A stretch of DNA of 64,000 nt from the NCBI GenBank assembly GCA_964016885.1, contig OZ024745.1, positions 128,650,001 through 128,714,000 of the forward strand, written 5' to 3'. The notes beneath the pieces are model-generated. The model made no database searches. It had not been told where the DNA came from and saw only the letters and a program-made list of their open reading frames with translations. This document shows positions 59,365-64,000 of this stretch, piece by piece (position 1 is the stretch's first letter; each line of letters opens with the position of its first letter). The DNA comes from Eledone cirrhosa (taxonomy: Eukaryota). The translations under genes were made by a program, and so were the position numbers.

Positions 59365-60091
59365 TGACTCTTTCCATTACTTCGGCGCTATCTTTCTTTG
59401 ACTCTTTTGCTTCCCTCTCTCTCAGTCTCCCTCTCCCACTCTCACTCTCACTCTCCCACCCTCCCACTCTTTCTTTCTTTATCTTTGACTCTTTCCATTA
59501 CTTCGGTGTTATATTTATTTGACTCGTTTACCCCCCCCCCTTCCTCTTTCTCTCCTTGGAACTTTCCATCGCAAATTCTTCTTCTTTCTATCTTTTCTAT
59601 CTTACACCCTCTATCTTTATTTTCATTCCTTTCACTCTCTCTTCCACTCTCTCTTTCTCTCTCTCTTTCCCAGTTCCAGCGTTCTCTGTCTCCTTCTTTC
59701 TCTCCCAGTTATTGCATTTTCTGAATCCTTCCTCCTCTTTCTCTCTTCTCTCTTCTCTTTTCTCTCTCATATCCTCTGTTCTCTGACTTACCCCTCTCTC
59801 TCATATCTTCTGTTCTCTTGCATTCTCTGACTCCCTCCTCCTCCTCCTCTCTCTTCCCCATATATTACGTTTCCTTTCTCTTTCTCCTGCCAATCACCTT
59901 ATATTCTTTTACTCTCGCCTTCTCTCAATGACTCTTTTAATCCGCCTTCTCTCCATTTCAATACCTCTTATCTCCCTCTCTCTCTCTCTCTCATACACAT
60001 ATTTCCCCGTTCACAAGTTCACTATTTCTCTCTTAGTTTTTCTCTCTTTACTTTTCTTAGTTTCTCTCTCTCTCTCTCTTTCCCTTTCTTA

Positions 60092-60142
<51 letters not shown>

Positions 60143-60699
60143 ACTCACAAGTTCACTATTTCTCTCTTAGTTTCTTTCTCCATCTCTTAGTTTCTCTCTC
60201 TCTCTTTCCTTTTCTTCGTTTCTCCTTTTCTCTTTCTCTCTCCCTCCCCCTCTCTCTCTCACACTCACATGTTCACTATGTCTTTCTCCCCCCCCTCTCT
60301 CTCACACACTCACATGTTCACTATTTCTCTCTGTTTCTCTCCCTCACACGTGTTTGTTATTTTTCTTCCTCTAACCCTCCTCCCAATCTGTTTAACTCCG
60401 TCTCGTACCCAAACACAGGCTTCTGTGTCTTCTCCATCTCAACATTTCTTCCACTCAATCATTCCCCTACACCAGCGCCCATGCTTCTTCTATCTCTCCA
60501 TCTCTCTTTCACACTCACAAATGCATTCTTTTCCTTTTCCTTCACTTTCTCCTACACACCCACATACGCACATTCTCCCTGCCCACCGCTCTCCTTATTT
60601 ACTCTTTCGTTCTTTATATCTCTCACTCTCTCCATATTTCTTCTTTCGTTCTTTATCTCTCTCACACTCTCCCTCAGCTCTCCGTATCTACTCTTTCGT

Positions 60700-62508
60700 T
60701 CTTTATATATCTCTCACTCTCTCCCTCCGCTCTCCATATTTACTCTTTCGTTCATTATATCTCCCTCCGCTCTCCATATTTACTCTTTCGTTCTTTATAT
60801 CTCTCTCACTCTCTCCCTCCGCTCTCCATATTTACTCTTTCGTTCTTTATATCTCTCTCACTCTCTCCCTCCGCTCTCCATATTTACTCTTTCATTCTTT
60901 ATATCTTTCTCACTCTCTCCCTCCGCTCTCCATATTTACTCTTTCATTCTTTATATCTTTCTCACTCTCTCCCTCCGCTCTCCATATTTACTCTTTCGTT
61001 CTTTATATCTCTCTCACTCTCTCCCTCCGCTCTCCATATTTACTCTTTCATTCTTTATATCTTTCTCACTCTCTCCCTCCGCTCTCCATATTTACTCTTT
61101 CATTCTTTATATCTTTCTCACTCTCTCCCTCCGCTCTCCATATTTACTCTTTCATTCTTTATATCTTTCTCACTCTCTCCCTCCGCTCTCCATATTTACT
61201 CTTTCATTCTTTATATCTTTCTCACTCTCTCCCTCCGCTCTCCATATTTACTCTTTCGTTCTTTATATCTCTCTCACTCTCTCCCTCCGCTCTCCATATT
61301 TACTCTTTCATTCTTTATATCTTTCTCACTCTCTCCCTCCGCTCTCCATATTTACTCTTTCATTCTTTATATTTTTCTCACTCTCTCCCTCCGCTCTCCA
61401 TATTTACTCTTTCGTTCTTTATATCTCTCTCACTCTCTCCCTCCGATCTCCATATTTACTCTTTCATTCTTTATATCTTTCTCACTCTCTCCCTCCGCTC
61501 TCCATATTTACTCTTTCGTTCTTTATATCTCTCTCACTCTCTCCCTCCGCTCTCCATATTTACTCTTTCATTCTTTATATCTCTCTCACTCTCTCCCTCC
61601 GCTCTCCATATTTACTCTTTCATTCTTTATATCTTTCTCACTCTCTCCCTCCGCTCTCCATATTTACTCTTTCATTCTTTATATTTTTCTCACTCTCTCC
61701 CTCCGCTCTCCATATTTACTCTTTCATTCTTTATATCTTTCTCACTCTCTCCCTCCGCTCTCCATATTTACTCTTTCGTTCTTTATATCTCTCTCACTCT
61801 CTCCCTCCGCTCTCCATATTTACTCTTTCATTCTTTATATCTCTCTCACTCTCTCCCTCCGCTCTCCATATTTACTCTTTCATTCTTTATATCTTTCTCA
61901 CTCTCTCCCTCCGCTCTCCATATTTACTCTTTCATTCTTTATATCTCTCTCACTCTCTCCCTCCGCTCTCCATATTTACTCTTTCATTCTTTATATCTTT
62001 CTCACTCTCTCCCTCCGCTCTCCATATTTACTCTTTCATTCTTTATATCTTTCTCACTCTCTCCCTCCGCTCTCCATATTTACTCTTTCATTCTTTATAT
62101 CTTTCTCACTCTCTCCCTCCGCTCTCCATATTTACTCTTTCATTCTTTATATCTTTCTCACTCTCTCCCTCCGCTCTCCATATTTACTCTTTCATTCTTT
62201 ATATCTTTCTCACTCTCTCCCTCCGCTCTCCATATTTACTCTTTCATTCTTTATATCTTTCTCACTCTCTCCCTCCGCTCTCCATATTTACTCTTTCATT
62301 CTTTATATTTTTCTCACTCTCTCCCTCCGCTCTCCATATTTACTCTTTCATTCTTTATATTTTTCTCACTCTCTCCCTCCGCTCTCCATATTTACTCTTT
62401 CATTCTTTATATCTTTCTCACTCTCTCCCTCCACTCTCCATATTTACTCTTTCATTCTTTATATTTTTCTCACTCTCTCCCTCCGCTCTCCATATTTACT
62501 CTTTCGTT

Positions 62509-62515
<7 letters not shown>
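60700..62515. repeat. 52-bp pyrimidine-rich minisatellite, about 35 copies
   Basis: ctctctccctccgctctccatatttactctttcattctttatatctttctca repeated. Confidence 0.95.
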
Positions 62516-62546
<31 letters not shown>

Positions 62547-62702
62547 CGTGCGAGCTATGGACGATTCCATTTTATCTATCTTTCATTCTTTTAAACTATT
62601 TCTTTCTCTATATTTAACATTCAATTCTTACCCCCTTTCTCTATATATATATTTCTCTTTCCCTCATTTCTCCCCCCCCCCCTCTCTCTCTCCCTCTCTC
62701 CT

Positions 62703-62734
<32 letters not shown>

Positions 62735-63033
62735 ATATAAAATCAAAAGATGATTAAAAGAGGTCCATGTGTTTTATTATGCGCATTTCAAAAACAAATA
62801 TCATCATGGGATATTTGCGTTCTCATCAGATAAATATATATATATACAACACATCTTTCTCCTTCCCTCACTCCTCGTTTTCTATTATTAAAAAAAAAAA
62901 AATTCTCCATGAAGTTGTTTCTCTTTTTTTCGTTTCGTCTTTTCGCATTTTATCTATCGATAATTAAGTTGAATAATGTAAGGAAAAAAGAAGAGAAATT
63001 CAAATCGTTTAATTAGCTTAAGTGGCCGTGCAT

Positions 63034-63192
63034 TTATGAAGGTAGTACATGAGAGTATGTGATGATCATGCCTTTCTCAAAGACTAAAACATTTGAAGGC
63101 TGTAGTTTGTCGGCGGATCTTATGTTATGAGTTGAAAAACTTCGATCAACTGAGATTATTTTAGCAGTTAGTACAGAAACGGTGTTCAAATT
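63034..63192 (-). CDS. Candidate terminal coding exon (NLNTVSVLTAKIISVDRSFSTHNIRSADKLQPSNVLVFEKGMIITYSHVLPS*)
   Basis: Strong pyrimidine-tract acceptor ttttgtttttacag| on the minus strand. Only frame 0 is open, for 52 codons, in non-repetitive sequence. No homology recognised. Confidence 0.3.
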   Translation of the reverse strand, partial: NLNTVSVLTAKIISVDRSFSTHNIRSADKLQPSNVLVFEKGMIITYSHVLPS

Positions 63193-64000
63193 CTGTAAAA
63201 ACAAAACGAAACAAAATAAAAACACCACTAAGCAAGGGAGATAATTCCAATATGATCAGTGAATCGGAATTTGGGAGATTGGCAACAATGTAGAGTGGAT
63301 TGTCTTTATTTTGTTAATTTAATTTTTTCAGCTTTTGAAAATTCTTCTCGTCTTTCTTTCTACAAGAATTCTCCGTCACTACAGAAAGGAATATTATGTG
63401 CTTGTTCAACCTGCTAGAAATAGCAGCCAAATATACTTCAATCCAGACTCGATTTGTCATAAACGAGGAAATAAAATTCCTTTAAAACAAATGAAAAACG
63501 GAATAGTGATGGTTAGAATGTCTTTGTTGAGACTTCTGCTAGACTGTGTCTGACTTTGCCTTGAATAACACCCCTCCTTTACTCTTCTCTCTCTCTTTTA
63601 CCTCTCAAAATTATTATTTCGTCGTGTTTAAAACCCAGTCAATTCCAACACCATTCTTCATCTTTCAGTTTCAGTCTCCACTAATAATTTTAATACCCGT
63701 CTCCACCCGATTCCACCCGTTTACCATTCATTCTTCTCCCAGCAGCTCTGCTTGTCTTTCAATGTACCCCACACATTCTTCCGTCTCTTCTTTACACACA
63801 CACATTTTCCATCTTCTATTATTTATATATATATATATATGTGTGTGCATATATGTATATGTGTGTGTGTATATATATGTGGGTGTGTGTGTATATATAT
63901 ATATGTATGTGTGTGTGTATGTATATATATTATATATATATTTTATTTATATATAATATATTATATATATATATATATACGATATATATATACGATATAT

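Noticed and set aside
52505-59401. 2298-aa ORF
   Set aside because: Translation of a stop-free satellite with constant frame switching and a non-ATG start.
60269-62617. 782- and 687-aa ORFs
   Set aside because: Translation of the 52-bp pyrimidine minisatellite.
63335-63553. Plus-strand 72-aa ORF after a possible acceptor
   Set aside because: Several frames on both strands are similarly open and there is no recognisable homology, so no frame can be chosen.

Overview
AT-rich, repeat-saturated animal genomic DNA. The SINE/LINE types and the extreme (TA)n density most resemble an octopus/cephalopod genome (inference). There is one 200-N assembly gap at 37628-37827. Nearly all long ORFs in the track are microsatellite or minisatellite artefacts. 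The probable host gene is on the minus strand: a CpG/CCAAT promoter near 32.5-32.7 kb, a candidate non-coding exon, a first coding exon (30926-31322) and possibly a 75-nt exon at 12180-12254. The window also holds many tRNA-derived SINEs, RTE-type LINE fragments, MITEs and six minisatellites (29, 29, 41, 52, 70 and ~33 bp units). The main signal is at least 8 sequence-unrelated families (20+ copies) of 90-260 bp elements, almost all embedded in (TA)n. They share one architecture: optional inverted arm, then a type I hammerhead ribozyme core (CUGANGA...GAAA...UH), then a covarying RCTC...GAGY stem-loop. Several carry 46-63 bp near-perfect palindromes centred on hammerhead helix II. They look like Penelope-like retroelement pLTRs or non-autonomous ribozyme-bearing derivatives, with a shared 3' structural tag and a fold-back insertion signature.
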